The notes: a model not told the origin generated them from the sequence alone. Counted from the first letter of the stretch, positions 46,353 through 59,410 are shown. The stretch is 64,000 bases of DNA from Eledone cirrhosa (GCA_964016885.1 OZ024743.1:294190001-294254000), one strand, 5' to 3'. Numbers and translations: made by a program.

Positions 46353-49300
46353 GAATGCCATGGTTGACGGAGGCTCGGCTCTGTAAGGTATAGTAATTTT
46401 TAACCGTTAAAACAATTGTAAATTGTTTAAAACTTGAACCAAATTGTTGATAAAGACACCCTCCTCCTCGTGAGAGGGGTCTTTCTGTCCGTTATTTGGC
46501 CCTTCGGGGTTAAATAACCAGTTATTGGGGTTTTGTACCCAAAATTTCATTTTAAACAAAAAAACAACATGGCTACGAAAAAGAAATTTCATACGTCACT
46601 CCCACTCATTCCGTCTTCTTCTTCCTCAATCATCACTACAGCAGAGAGAAGATTGTCTCTCTCCCTCCCTTCTTTAAATGTGTCTCTCTCCCTCCCTTCT
46701 CTTTCGCAAGTGACGAAAGAAAAGAAAAGTCTCGTGCAAAGCGTGCAAAGTTTCTCCACGACGACGACGACAGCGACGAAACAGGTGTGCGGGAAATACG
46801 AAAACCCAGTTCATTCGTCTGACGTCAGGAATAATAGCAGTAGCAGCCGTAATAACAACAGCAACAGTGACAATGAAAACAACAGTAGCAGCCGCAACAG
46901 CATCACCAGCAGCATAAACAACAACAGCATTAGCAGCAGCAACACCAACAACAACCACAGCAACAGCGGCGGAGGCAGTAGTCGTAGTACCTGCAGCAAC
47001 AACAAAAGTACCAGCAGCTCTGACGACAACAACAACAGCAGAGAAAAACCAATCTCATTTGCAGGTATTGCGAAAAACTTGGAAACAATCCTCATAACAA
47101 ATGAGGAATTAGAGGAAGCGAAGAAGATGGTTACAAAGAACGGACACCGAGCAATCTGCAAGGCAGCGGAAAAGTTTTTGGAAACCCAAGAGCACTGTAC
47201 GGTCACGTACCGTACAGTAAGTACAAAATCCCGTAGGGTGGAAAGAGCCACAGAGGCCCAAATACAAAAAGCCTTGGGGTCTGTGTGGCAGCGGAAAACG
47301 CACATCACCCGAGGCAAAAAATATGCCACCGTAGACGTACTTTTTGCCACACCCCAGGAGGCAAAGGCCCAATCAGTAGTGACCCTAAGGAGCGAGGAAA
47401 TGGTGTTGGTGCCCTCCTACTGTGGGCAAAAAATTGTGAGGGTCAAACTAACCCACGTCCCCCCCGGAATGACCCCTTCTTGGCTGGCCGCGTCTGTCCT
47501 CGTCGGAATCGAGGACAAAACAACTGTACTGCAAGTACAGAAAAAAGTAAGAGAAGATTGGGTCGGCTCCTCCATTGAGATGCTAATCCAAACCAACCAG
47601 GAGTGCATCGAAGCTATCCCGGATGTGATAGACTTCGATAACGGCACTCAACTGCCCATAAGTGTTGAGGGCAAACGCCCGAAATGCTTTCGCTGTGGAT
47701 CGAAGACTCACCTCAGGGCCTTCTGCAACGAGAAGACCCTGAGAAAGGAGAAAACCCCCCTCCTTCCTAATCCGGCTCCACGGCTACCAGCAACAGGACA
47801 AGCGGCAACCAGGAACGATAGGTCCGTGGCACCCATACCCACTCCACGGAAATCAAAAACAGCAGCAGCAGTGGAAATATTAACAACAACAACAGCAATA
47901 CCAAATGCAGCTGCAACAGAGACTCCAGTGCAAACATCACCAACAACAAGTGAAAGAGTGGAGCTGGTACCCCTCCCCGACCTCACAGAATCAGACATGG
48001 AGTGTGAGGTGGGAGAGGGATGGCAAAAGGTCGCAAGAAGGCACAAACGCAGAAGCAGCGCATCGTCGCTTTTGAAAAGGGAGGAAAGAAATGAGAAAAG
48101 GGTAAAGTCTACTGCAAAGAGACCCACAGCAGCAACACCACCAACACCATCACCAACCACACCAGCACCACCATCACCACCGGCGACAACCCCACCGCCA
48201 ACAACACCTTCAACACCACCACCACAAGCACCAACATCGCAAACACAACAACAAAACACACACACCCAGCAACAACGACAAGAAAATAGCAGAACCACAC
48301 CCCACCCCCAGAAAAACAAATGCACGGCAATAAACACACACAACAAGAAACTAATGACTTACATAATTGAACACACAGACATTTCACAACAGGACTACAT
48401 AATACCAGCACCAATCAAAACGCCAACTAACATAAGACTGCTAAAAATAGCACAGAAACAATACACAAACATTAAAACGAAATTCCCCAACGCAGTTGGT
48501 GATTTCAGGGACCTAGGAGGAACCATCAATCGAAGAGTATATTCAGACATTCTCTTAGAAGAGCCGACGACTAGCCGAAGGGACGATTCAACGGTCCCTT
48601 CACCAGACGATCAAGTGAAAAGGGATGTAAAAACCATCCCTCCTCTACCAAAAGTACGGTAAGTGGTCTTTCCCATCTTTTCCACTCTATTTTAAACATG
48701 ACCTCACTCAGAATAGGCAGCATAAATGCGCGTGGCTTGGGGTCGTCATGGAAGCAGGGTCACCTGCTCAACGACCTCAGGTCACTAAACATAGATGTAG
48801 TGGCCATCAGCGAGACCAGAATCTCCGAAGCACGGGCCTTCGCACCGATCTTCGGCGGCTACGATGTGTACGCATCTCCCAGCCGTCCTGGATCGGGTGG
48901 AGGAGTTGCTGTGCTTTTTCGGAGAGGTTTGGATCTCGCCATACGTGCCATCTTCCTGGACCCAGAGGGTAAGCTGGTGGTGCTGGACGTGACCAGCGGA
49001 GACGGGCAAGCTTTCAGGCTAGTGGCCGTCTATGCCCCGACAGGAGCAGGGCGGCCTGATTTCTTCCGGCGTCTGGAGACCTTTCTTGGAACGTCCCGCT
49101 CTTTAGTGTTAGTGGGCGACTGGAACGGGATCTTAGATGCACGCTGGGACTGTGTGGGATTAGCGGATAGGGGTGGAGGGTGCAAGAGCCTCACCAACCT
49201 GCTCAGGCGTTTTGAACTGTCTGACAGGTACCGATTGGATTTCCCGAATGTGCCAATGTGGACTTGGACAAACCGCATAGGGTCATCCAGATCATATCTA

Positions 49301-49758
49301 GATAGAGTATTTTGTAGGGAAATAGATAGGTCTAGCATAGGCTGTCCACAATTCAAGATAGTCAGCTACACGGACCACAAATTCGTGACCTGTGTGCTTG
49401 ACTTAGATAGGCTTCATAGACGAGGACCCGGCTACTGGAAGCTAAACGCGTCCTTACCAGCGCGCAAGGCCTACAGAGACCGGATTAGCGAACTAGTTAA
49501 GCGGGCGTTGACGGGGGCCATCGTCAACAACAAGTGGTGGTTTGCTCTGAAAAGAGCGATTAGAATAGAATCGATTAGGTTTAGTAAGGCTTTAGCAATA
49601 GAGAAAAATAGAGCAGAGGGAGAACTAGTTAGAAAATTAGACGAGGCGCTTAGCAAAGGCATTGCGACCGACGTGCTTGCGGCGAAATTGGCCCTTGACC
49701 AATTCTTCAATGCAAAGCACGAAGGCTGCGTTGTCAGAGCTAGGGTGCGTGCTCTCAG
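46353..49758 (+). mobile_element. Second head-to-tail Tx1 copy, 3' part lost
   Basis: Near-identical to 40277-43683; ends abruptly in ORF2. Confidence 0.95.
46569..48662 (+). CDS. Tx1 ORF1p (second copy)
   Basis: Near-identical to 40491-42587; ATG placed by homology. Confidence 0.9.
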   Translation: MATKKKFHTSLPLIPSSSSSIITTAERRLSLSLPSLNVSLSLPSLSQVTKEKKSLVQSVQSFSTTTTTATKQVCGKYENPVHSSDVRNNSSSSRNNNSNSDNENNSSSRNSITSSINNNSISSSNTNNNHSNSGGGSSRSTCSNNKSTSSSDDNNNSREKPISFAGIAKNLETILITNEELEEAKKMVTKNGHRAICKAAEKFLETQEHCTVTYRTVSTKSRRVERATEAQIQKALGSVWQRKTHITRGKKYATVDVLFATPQEAKAQSVVTLRSEEMVLVPSYCGQKIVRVKLTHVPPGMTPSWLAASVLVGIEDKTTVLQVQKKVREDWVGSSIEMLIQTNQECIEAIPDVIDFDNGTQLPISVEGKRPKCFRCGSKTHLRAFCNEKTLRKEKTPLLPNPAPRLPATGQAATRNDRSVAPIPTPRKSKTAAAVEILTTTTAIPNAAATETPVQTSPTTSERVELVPLPDLTESDMECEVGEGWQKVARRHKRRSSASSLLKREERNEKRVKSTAKRPTAATPPTPSPTTPAPPSPPATTPPPTTPSTPPPQAPTSQTQQQNTHTQQQRQENSRTTPHPQKNKCTAINTHNKKLMTYIIEHTDISQQDYIIPAPIKTPTNIRLLKIAQKQYTNIKTKFPNAVGDFRDLGGTINRRVYSDILLEEPTTSRRDDSTVPSPDDQVKRDVKTIPPLPKVR

Positions 49759-49789
49759 CATTGGCTCCTTACTATCAGTCACGTATTAG
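48698..49789 (+). pseudogene. Truncated Tx1 ORF2 (APE domain only)
   Basis: Matches 42623 onward up to RVRAL, then runs into antisense R4 sequence. Confidence 0.9.
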
Positions 49790-51410
49790 TGTAGGTTGTT
49801 TTTCTCCACCTGAACACAGTCCTCTATGCTGATAAGACCTTTTCCACCTTCAGATCTCCTTAAGTAGAGTCTATCGACATCACTCCTCTTGTGGTACATG
49901 TTGTAGATAGTCAATATTATTATTTTTTATTATTATTATTATTATTATTTGCATTTATCTTGCTTTATGTTCATACGAGTTATCACCAAGTCACAACCAG
50001 TGACCTCAAGAGACAACAAGGTCCGCCATGTTCAAGGAAGAACATACATACTCACACATATTTTGAAAATCTCTAAACATTTATCAATCCAACTGTGTGG
50101 CAAACTATCGAATGCTTTTTTATAATCTATCCAAGCAATCGATAGATTTTTGTGTCTATTATGACAATCTTCCAGTATCATTTTGTTAACCAGAAGCTGA
50201 TCCTTACAGCCATATGAGCCTCGTTTACACCCTTTCTGCTCAATGGGAAATAGGTCATTTGTTATCAGGTGGTCATATGTATATTCAGTTAGGACTGATG
50301 TTAAAATTTTATACATTGTGGTCAAGCAGGTTATCGGTCTGTAATTTTGGGAATTGTTTGTCTCATCATTCTTCGGAAGCAGGAATGTAATGCCGTTAAC
50401 TAGCCATGATGGTATCTTTTCTGCCTCCTTAACTATTTCATTGTAAAGTTGGGCTAACAGCTCATGAGACTCTGTGAAGGCATTTATCCAAAAGGTTTGT
50501 ATTTTGTCTTTTCCTGGAGATTTCCATTTGCTGGTTTTTCTTAGAGCCAAGCGCAACTGTTCAACTGTTATATTTTCCCATATTTGTTCCTCAAGGTGAG
50601 CTGTATCTTTCATTTGTCTGTCTATCCATGGGGCATGTATGTTATGAACTTTTTCTTCGGCCCAGATCTTTTCCCAGAATTCTTGCACTTCCTCCTTGGG
50701 TGGTATTGATTTAGCAGTTATTGTTGACTTACCAATTTTTCTGTAGAAGTTTCTTTGGTAATTTTTGAACATATTATTGTCCTTATAGAATCTAGATCGT
50801 TTTTCAAAGCGCCTTATACGAGCAGCTTTGGCCGACACTTTTTGCTTGATTATTTCTATCAGCATGTCTATGTCACATGTTGACTTTATACTGTACTTTT
50901 TGTTCAATTTTCTAAGTTTAGTTTGTTTAACATGTTCACCTACTTTATAGTTTGTTAAAATTTCTATGTCAGATCGGAGAAGGTTTATTTGGCGATTGAT
51001 GTTATCTTGCCAAGTAGATTTCTTGTGGGAATTCCTTTGTTTTTTCATCTTCACTCCACATAAGTGAGTGGTGACTTTAGCCGATGAATAATAGAGATGA
51101 TTTAAATCAGTAATGTTTAGTTTGTTTGTGATGATAATGTTTTTGAGAATTATGTTAGTCTTGTGTATTATCCTTTGGTTCTGTTTGGAGTTCTGGATCT
51201 TAGGGAGGGTGTCTCGTTGCCCCATGTCAGATTCTTTCATTTTCATCCATTCGATCATAATTTCATCCTTCAAGTTGGCAAGTTCATTCTCATTCATTTC
51301 TTTATCATTTACGATCTCATTATTTTCATTTGGAGTTTCATCCTGAGCATGCACTCCCTCCACTTTTTCGATCCTTTCTTTAATTTGTTCTGTTGCCAGT
51401 GATTCCGCCC
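49757..51410 (-). mobile_element. Duplicate of the R4-fragment / deleted-R4 composite at 31773-33436
   Basis: Same junction and interrupted (ATT)n; ORF 50032-51363 lacks the 10-bp duplication. Confidence 0.92.
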
Positions 51411-51414
51411 TTAT

Positions 51415-51415
51415 T

Positions 51416-51511
<96 letters not shown>
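51415..51511. repeat. (CAG)n(TAG)n microsatellite
   Basis: Direct reading. Confidence 0.95.
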
Positions 51512-51512
<1 letters not shown>

Positions 51513-51859
51513 TGTTTTAGATATAGACTAGATTTTGATATAAATGACAGTGGAAAAGATTCACAAAACAAATGTAAATATAGTAAAGACCAAGAAAATA
51601 TTCGAATTTCCAGTCAGTTTAGTTGCAAATAAAATATATCTGTGGATAAATCTATACAAGACATCTAAGTGAAGTAAGAAGACAAAAACAAGAAACATTA
51701 TGACTATAATACGGTTTTTATTGGTAATTTAAAGAAAAAACTGAAATACTGAATATAGAAACTGTCTGATTTTGACATCCAGTTATTCTATTTGGATTAT
51801 ATTTATTATCTTCTCTTCTCTCTATCTTTGTCTTTCTCCGCGTCTCTACCTATATATAT

Positions 51860-52186
51860 ATATCACATAAGACACGGAGAATCAGTGGTGCGACGAATAA
51901 GATTTATTAGACATATTACAATCGTTTCTCTGACGACCAGCTCGAGGCACGAACGATGTCATGATCGAACCTGACTTTGAAAATCGCAAGATCATCGGAT
52001 ATGTCTCGATCCTACGAGGAAGAGTTTCCAAATGGAATCGAGACATATCCGAGGATCTTGCGATTTCAGAGACAAGTTTGATCATTGCATCGTTCGTGCT
52101 TCGAGCTGGTCGCCAGAGAAACGATTGTAATATGTCTAATAAATCTTATTCGTCGCACCACTGATTCTCAGTTTCTTATGTGATAT
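51860..52186. mobile_element. Fold-back (palindromic) non-autonomous element
   Basis: ~150-bp inverted arms ATATCACATAAGA.../...TCTTATGTGATAT around a short spacer; next to (TA)n. Confidence 0.8.
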
Positions 52187-52259
52187 TATACTCTGCTCTC
52201 TAAGAGCATCGAGTGCTCAAACGGCATACCGCTTACGGATGCTTTAAGCATCCCACACC

Positions 52260-52299
<40 letters not shown>

Positions 52300-52580
52300 A
52301 AACACACGCGCACACACGTACATTTACATACGTTTGGGTATAAAATGAGGAACGTACTCAATGTATATCATATACATTATTGACACTATATCCATTCGAA
52401 GCCCATTATATTCTCAGTTGCTACGCAAAGAAGTGGAGGGTATAATCAAACGTTCTATTCCTCGTCATTTATTACCTGGAATTCACTCTAAATACGTATA
52501 CATCATCTATATATTATATAATCCTGTATGCACATTTCGAAGACATCAAAGTGGTTGCGTGATCATCATTAAGGTGAATA

Positions 52581-52806
52581 TGTAGGAAGTTCAGGTGCAG
52601 AAAATGACTGCAACTACAGTCAGTTGTTATAAAGTAGCTTATAAAAATCAGGTAAAAATCCTTGGAGACAAAAAATTATTCCAGCTTCTTTGTAGTGGCC
52701 ACTAGCCACATTTTTTCGCCTCTAGGGATCTCTACCTGATTTTTATAACCTATTTTATAGCAACTAACTGTAAATGCAGTTATTTTCTGCAACCGTGTTT
52801 TCTACA
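52581..52806. mobile_element. Degenerate MITE-like inverted repeat
   Basis: TGCAGAAAATGACTGCA...TTATAAAAATCAGGTA vs TACCTGATTTTTATAA...TGCAGTTATTTTCTGCA. Confidence 0.7.
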
Positions 52807-53239
52807 TCTTATTATTATATATCATATATTTGCGTGTTTGTTTCCGTGTATGAATGCACGCTACTATGTATATGTTTTTTTGATTGTATGTGTACGTATA
52901 TATAAATGATATATGCTACCATATATATTTAATCTATGTATGTTTGTATACATACACAGACACATACGTGCATAGAAAAAAAACCTTTATAAATACCTGA
53001 ATATATGAGATAGCATACAACATTTAATATAAGATATTTTTTTCTGAACATTAAAAAAATAAGTTAATCCTGGACGGACACTCGGACTGTTTTTGACGTC
53101 CAAATACCTATATTGTTGGTATTTCCTTATATTTTCTGTTTAAAGTTTGCTATCAATGATCTGCTAACGAAATTTCCGACATACACTTTTATATTCATAT
53201 ATTCATACATACTTACATACATGCATACATACATAAACA

Positions 53240-53458
<219 letters not shown>

Positions 53459-54024
53459 GAATTATAAGAATCAAAGAACTGTTCAAAACATTATTATGCT
53501 TACAACTGTTTCCTCCAAACCGAGGTTTGGATTCTTCGGACCAATTTATTATTGAATGAACACTTATATGACCTCCTTTTCACCCAAGAGACATACAGAT
53601 ACATATGCAAATATTGTGGGTCAACATTCATTACAGCATTTAGTGTCGCAGTACACATTTAGAGATTACATTCATATTAAAAGATACAATACAAAATACA
53701 GGTTAAAATACATGAAATTAAGCGGTTATAGAGTGCAATAGTTATACGTGTGGCAAGCACGTGCGTCTTGTTTATATAGTGTGGCAGAGAATTACGTGTA
53801 ATAGAAGCACTTAAGCAGGTAATCAAGAGTGTTAAGGGGGTTTATCTGGTAATGAATTCTTTATATGATTGTTATAGTCTGTGCGTGGAGAAATAATATA
53901 AGCATTAAAAATAATGTAAGCATTAAAAATATTGGAAATGCGTAGCGAAGCGATGATATGGATTTCATGCACTGCGACATTTTCATATTCCGGGGAGCGT
54001 ATTTTTCAGATTATATGCCCCTCA

Positions 54025-55400
54025 GAATATAAAAAATTCATTATAGAAAGAACTAGAAAACTATTGCACAAGACATTCAAAAGCTTTAACCTTAGTATCA
54101 CCATGGACAAAAACACTAAAATCGTTAACTTCCTAGACGCTACACTATACCTAGACTCAAAACTGTATACACCTTTCCATAAGCCTAACGAAAAACTCAT
54201 TTACGTGGATACCAAGTCTAATCACCCTAGATCAATATTAACCTCTATCTCTAAGGGGGTATCCAATAGAATCTCTAATCTATCATATGACGCAAACATA
54301 TTTAGCAAAAACTCGCAATATTATAATCAAGCATTAGCTAGATCGGCCATAATATAGAGATTGAGTTCCTACCTAAGAAAACACATAGCTACAACATCAT
54401 CTCGCACAATAAGTCCATGGGGAAACATAGTAATATGAATAGCAACCACACGCACACTAAAGCAGAGGGTGCCATCAAAAGTAACCATTACCACAGAAAC
54501 TACCGTAGTACATTAGGAGGAAACAACACACCAGACACTAAAAACAAAAATAGAAGAAGAAATAATACATTTTTCAACCCTCCTTTCAACTTAAACGTGT
54601 CCACCAACATACCTAGGGCTTTCTTCTCACTACTAGATAAAAACTCCCCTCTAGGACACAAGTACCATAACCTTTTAAACAAAAACACTATTAAAATCTC
54701 ATACTCTACGACGCCTAACTTAGCATACCACATAGCTAGCAGCAATAAAAGTAAAATTAATTCTTACTTCCAACAAACGAAATCGCAACAGGGGGTAAAC
54801 CTTCAAAATACCACTGTAGCAAGCAACCCTAATAACGGCAGTAATAATAGAAATAACACTAGTATAAGCAATAACACCGGGGTCGACAACCCGAATGTCC
54901 AAAATCCTATAGCTACCACCCGGACTTCTGCACAGCATTAAAACCAGCAGACTAACTCCCAGAATAATTGTAACTGTAGAGCAAATAGAACCTGCCCTTT
55001 AGATAAAAAAATGCCTAACCAAGGATATCATATACTGATGCACCGTCACAACTAACAACTCTTCAGAAACCTATGTAGGCTCCACTTCTAACTGCTTCAA
55101 AACCAGGTATAATTCGCACATCCACTCGTTGAAAAAGCACAGTCTAGCCAGCTCCACCTCACTATCTAGCTACATACACTATCTAAAAACTAAAAATAAA
55201 CCTTACACACTCAAATGGGAAGTGATAGGTAGCGCGACTTCGTACAAACCACCTAATAATTTTGTAACCTCTGTATACTAGAGACCCACACTATTATCTT
55301 CTCTAACCGTAAACTACTTAACAAAAAGTCTGAGTGTTTGCAACTTGTCAGCACCGCTTCAGACATTCCTTCCAAAACTTTAAGCCCAATATATAGCAAT
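54025..55400 (+). pseudogene. PLE RT thumb + GIY-YIG remnant
   Basis: Collinear with the C-terminal half of 797-2995; end approximate. Confidence 0.85.
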
Positions 55401-56810
55401 GTCGGACTTGAACCAGACACCACCTCTAGCATCAAACACCAGGGGCACACCTTATACCACATCCCCACACTCATTGGTCTAATATAACGCTAAACGGGAC
55501 ATCCCTCTAGAACCCTGTACTTCTACTTTAGGTGTGACTACATCCAGTTGCTTGAACTGCACTACACCACTTTATAGTTAATGTAAAATTTAAGCATTGC
55601 ATTGATTGTATTGTTGGTGCTATGCGGAGGAAGTGCCATTGTTGGATAAATGGAAGACTAATTAATCTAGTAACGTTGATGAGCTGTATGACCGGTATGC
55701 TGAGTGCAGTGAATGTATTGCAAGTGGCGTATGGGTTGTGCATATATGTATGATTTGATGGTCAGATTAGTGACATGAAGAGTGTGGGTTGACCTCTGTT
55801 CTGCCCTAGTGATGATTATCTTTCGACATCCAATATAACATGCACTGACCCGGAACTTACCAGGGATCATTGTGTGTTGGAGTGATTCTGGAATCACCTT
55901 GCCTGGTTCTATGAGTAGACTACAATCACAATGATCATTAATTTAGAAATCTCGCTCGTCGTGTATAATATTCATTTCTGGCACTCTACGATGGAGGATA
56001 ATCACCATAATAGGAACACCTTCAGCACAGCTTAATAGACTACATTATAGTTAAGACACTTTAAATTTTTAGAAACTGCGCATAACCATATAGGTTAGGG
56101 ACTATTTTGAGACACAATTTAATAGTTAGTAATAGAAACCACTGAGTTACCTCCCCTCATGCATTAACTCCTCTTAGCCACACACACACTTCCGGGTAAT
56201 ATTTCCGTGTCGATTCTCGCAACGTAACAACCTTGAGCTAAAGAACATCAGACTACGATTCTCTAACAGGATTGTCAAACGCCCAATATCGAATCGTCGT
56301 GGATTATGTGAGGGGCATATAATCTGAAAAATACGCTCCCCGGAATATGAAAATGTCGCAGTGCATGAGATCCATATCATCGCTTCGCTACGCATTTCCA
56401 ATATTTTTAATGCTTACATTATTTTTAATGCTTACATTATTTTTAATGCTTATATTATTTCTCCACACACAGACTATAACAATCATATAAAGAATTCATT
56501 ACCAGATAAACCCCCTTAACACTCTTGATTACCTGCTTAAGTGCTTCTATTACACGTAACTCTCTGCCACACTATATAAACAAGACGCACGTGCTTGCCA
56601 CACGTATAACTATTGCCCTCTATAACCGCTTAATTTCATATTGTATTTTAACCTGTATTTTTGATTGTATCTTTTAATATGAATGTAATCTCTAAATGTG
56701 TACTGCGACACTAAATGCTGTAATGAATGTTGACCCACAATATTTGCATATGTATCTGTATGTCTCTTGGGTGAAAAGGAGGTCATATAAGTGTTCATTC
56801 AATAATAAAT

Positions 56811-56857
56811 TGGTCCGAAGAATCCAAACCTCGGTTTGGAGGAAACAGTTGTAAGCA
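56811..56857 (+). ncRNA. Hammerhead-like motif (U4C variant); inverted copy at 53497-53543
   Basis: CCGAAGA-A-TCCAAACC-TC-GGTTTGGA-G-GAAAC-AGTT-GTA; stem I imperfect (TGGT/AGCA). Confidence 0.55.
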
Positions 56858-57635
56858 TAAAAATGTTTTGAACAGTCCTTTCATTCTTATAATTCATATA
56901 ACTGCTCTGTAAATCATCTGATGTTATTACATTGAGCTATTTAACTTACTGGTAATAAGGTAGTAATATATTACTGCCTACCACTATTTAGGGTTTATAA
57001 AAATATATATAACTACAAAAGGTTTTTGTATTTGCATAACCATAGATAGTATACTTAATAATATATATATATATATATATAAAAAACTGCAATAATATTG
57101 CTTTTTGCTGAACTCCTTACTGTAGAGTTTTTTTCGGAATGCTTTTGACTGCTGTTTCTTGTAAACAAACATTCGTCTCATTCTGACATCAATAGCTATG
57201 TATTTCCTCATGTGCGTTTTTCATAATCACGCATGATGTTGAACTGGCCAGCTTTAGAATTCCCTTTTTGGCATATTAATCTGTGAGAATCCTGGTTATC
57301 GAGTTGAGCTCTGCTGATAATGAATTCCAACCGTGACCATCTCCACTGAAAGTTTTCATGAAATAGTCTTTAAGACTATACAGAGCATTTGAAGTTTTTC
57401 CAAATTGAAGGATAAGTATTTTGAACTTTATTTTATCATGAGTTAAGGCTCTATTGATTTTTCCCTGGATTTCACTAAATTCTGTGGATGAATTTATATC
57501 CTCATTCTCTTTGAGATGAGTTTAAATTATTTTTCCCACATCTTACGTTAACTATTTTTCCCATTTTGACGCTATAGTCACTTATATATTATGGAATGCT
57601 GTTCGCTTTTCGCTGCAGTGTTTTCTATACCTTTC

Positions 57636-57681
<46 letters not shown>

Positions 57682-57686
<5 letters not shown>

Positions 57687-58555
57687 ATAATTTAAGAGTT
57701 GCAGAAACCCAAATGCTGGATTTTACCAACCTTCCAGGGGTCCGGGTATGATTTTCAATCATATTTTATCTGTTTGACCCGAATTACTTGGTCGTTTCTA
57801 TGGCTGTGCAGATAATGGTTTAACCATCGTCTCAGTGTGATTGGCCTTTTAACTTATGTTGTAGCTCTAGTTCACTAGCTTCTATGGAGCGCTTGCCGGA
57901 AGTTGTTTTTCGCTAATTTCCAATAGCAGAAATACGATTTTCGCTAATTTATATTTGTATTAATCTCCAGAGTCTAGCTATTGACCAGTTCATTTTCCTG
58001 ATTTTTTTAGTTAATTCTATTGACGGATGAATAGCTTTTGTTAATTTTAAAACCATTCTGTTGAGAACTTAATTCGTTTTGTGATATTTTGCAATTTTGC
58101 AATAATAACACACATATAGAATTCATCCGCCAAAACTAGGGGTTGCCCCCCTTGTCGAGCCCGACGTGGATTTTGATAACGGTCAGTCCTTCGCTTTGCA
58201 CTTGAACTAAAAGCCTTGTTGAGAAAGTGACTTCCTTGTTCGATCATCTTACCAAAAGCTTAACATTATTTGTCTAAGCAGACAGTACTTGATTTAGGAG
58301 TTGCAGAAACCCAAATGCTGGATTTTACCAACCTTCCAGGGTATAATTTTCAATCATATTTTATTTGTTTGACCCGAATTACATGGTCATTTCTATAGCT
58401 GTGCGGATAATGGGTTAACCATTGTCTCAGTGTGTTTGGCCTTTTAACTTATGTTGTAGCTCTAGTTCTATGGAGCGCTTGCCACACATCTCGGAAGTTG
58501 TTTTTCGTTAATTTCTAATAGCCGAAATACGATTCTCGCTAATTTATATTTGTAT
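57682..58555. repeat. Partial tandem repeat, 602-bp period, flanked by (TA)n
   Basis: 57682-57960 repeats at 58284-58555 with several indels. Confidence 0.85.
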
Positions 58556-58742
58556 ATATATATATATATATATAAATATATATATATAGTAATAATAATA
58601 AATGTGAAGACTAAAATCCGAGGAGGGCTAGATAGGGATAATATATATCACAATATATAAAAAAACATAGAGCAAATATTTATTAAAATAACAGATTAAA
58701 GTTTAAACAAGAATCGCTGCTTTCACCCTTAACGGGATCTTC

Positions 58743-58828
<86 letters not shown>

Positions 58829-59115
58829 ATTCAATATATTAATAAATGGAAATTATATTTATAAAACCATAATTATTTTATTATATATATTTCAAGGGCA
58901 ACCAAGGCAGACTTGGTGCGCTTTCATCAGATAAAATACAAGATTTGTTTTATAAATATTGACATATCAAGGTTTTTTTACCACGGTTATGTCAATATTT
59001 ATGTAACAAATCTAGTATTTTATCTTATGAAAGCGCACCAAGTTGCCCTTGAAATATATATAATAAAATAATTATGGTTTCATAAATATAGTTTCCATTT
59101 ATTAATATATTGAAT
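58829..59115. mobile_element. Fold-back (palindromic) element
   Basis: ~135-bp inverted arms ATTCAATATATTAATAAATGGAAA.../...TTTCCATTTATTAATATATTGAAT; left arm has a ~9-bp insertion. Confidence 0.8.
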
Positions 59116-59200
59116 ATTTACTCCAGTAAACTGTTGAGTGCTTTATATCAGTTATAAACCTTTAAGGTTGTTGGAATCCTAACAAAATAAATATAACACC

Positions 59201-59258
<58 letters not shown>

Positions 59259-59293
59259 AAGATTTGAATGGATACAGTTTAGTTGAAAGGAAT

Positions 59294-59410
59294 TTATTGA
59301 CACGTGTTTCTATAACAGTTACATAACCTAAAACAGCTATCTACAAACTTTTAGTTATGCAGACATTCAATATTTCAATGTTATTATTTACTGTCATTTC
59401 ATCAGAATAA
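59294..59410 (-). ncRNA. Type I hammerhead ribozyme, canonical core, long stem II loop
   Basis: TTATT-CTGATGA-A-ATGACAGT...ACTGTTAT-A-GAAAC-ACGT-GTC-AATAA; palindromic stem III ACACGTGT. Confidence 0.8.

Noticed and set aside
40596-49782. Many antisense or alternate-frame ORFs over Tx1 and R4
   Set aside because: Shadow frames of repetitive or GC-rich coding sequence with no motifs.
53932-54024. Novel N-terminus MEMRSEAMIW... on the PLE ORF
   Set aside because: Chance read-in from the inverted pLTR; the frame stops at 54357.
55036-55038. TGA in IIY*CT of a Naiad-like element as selenocysteine
   Set aside because: It aligns to K/N in the paralogues, not Cys; a nonsense mutation is simpler. 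Linker cysteines are ordinary codons in all copies here.
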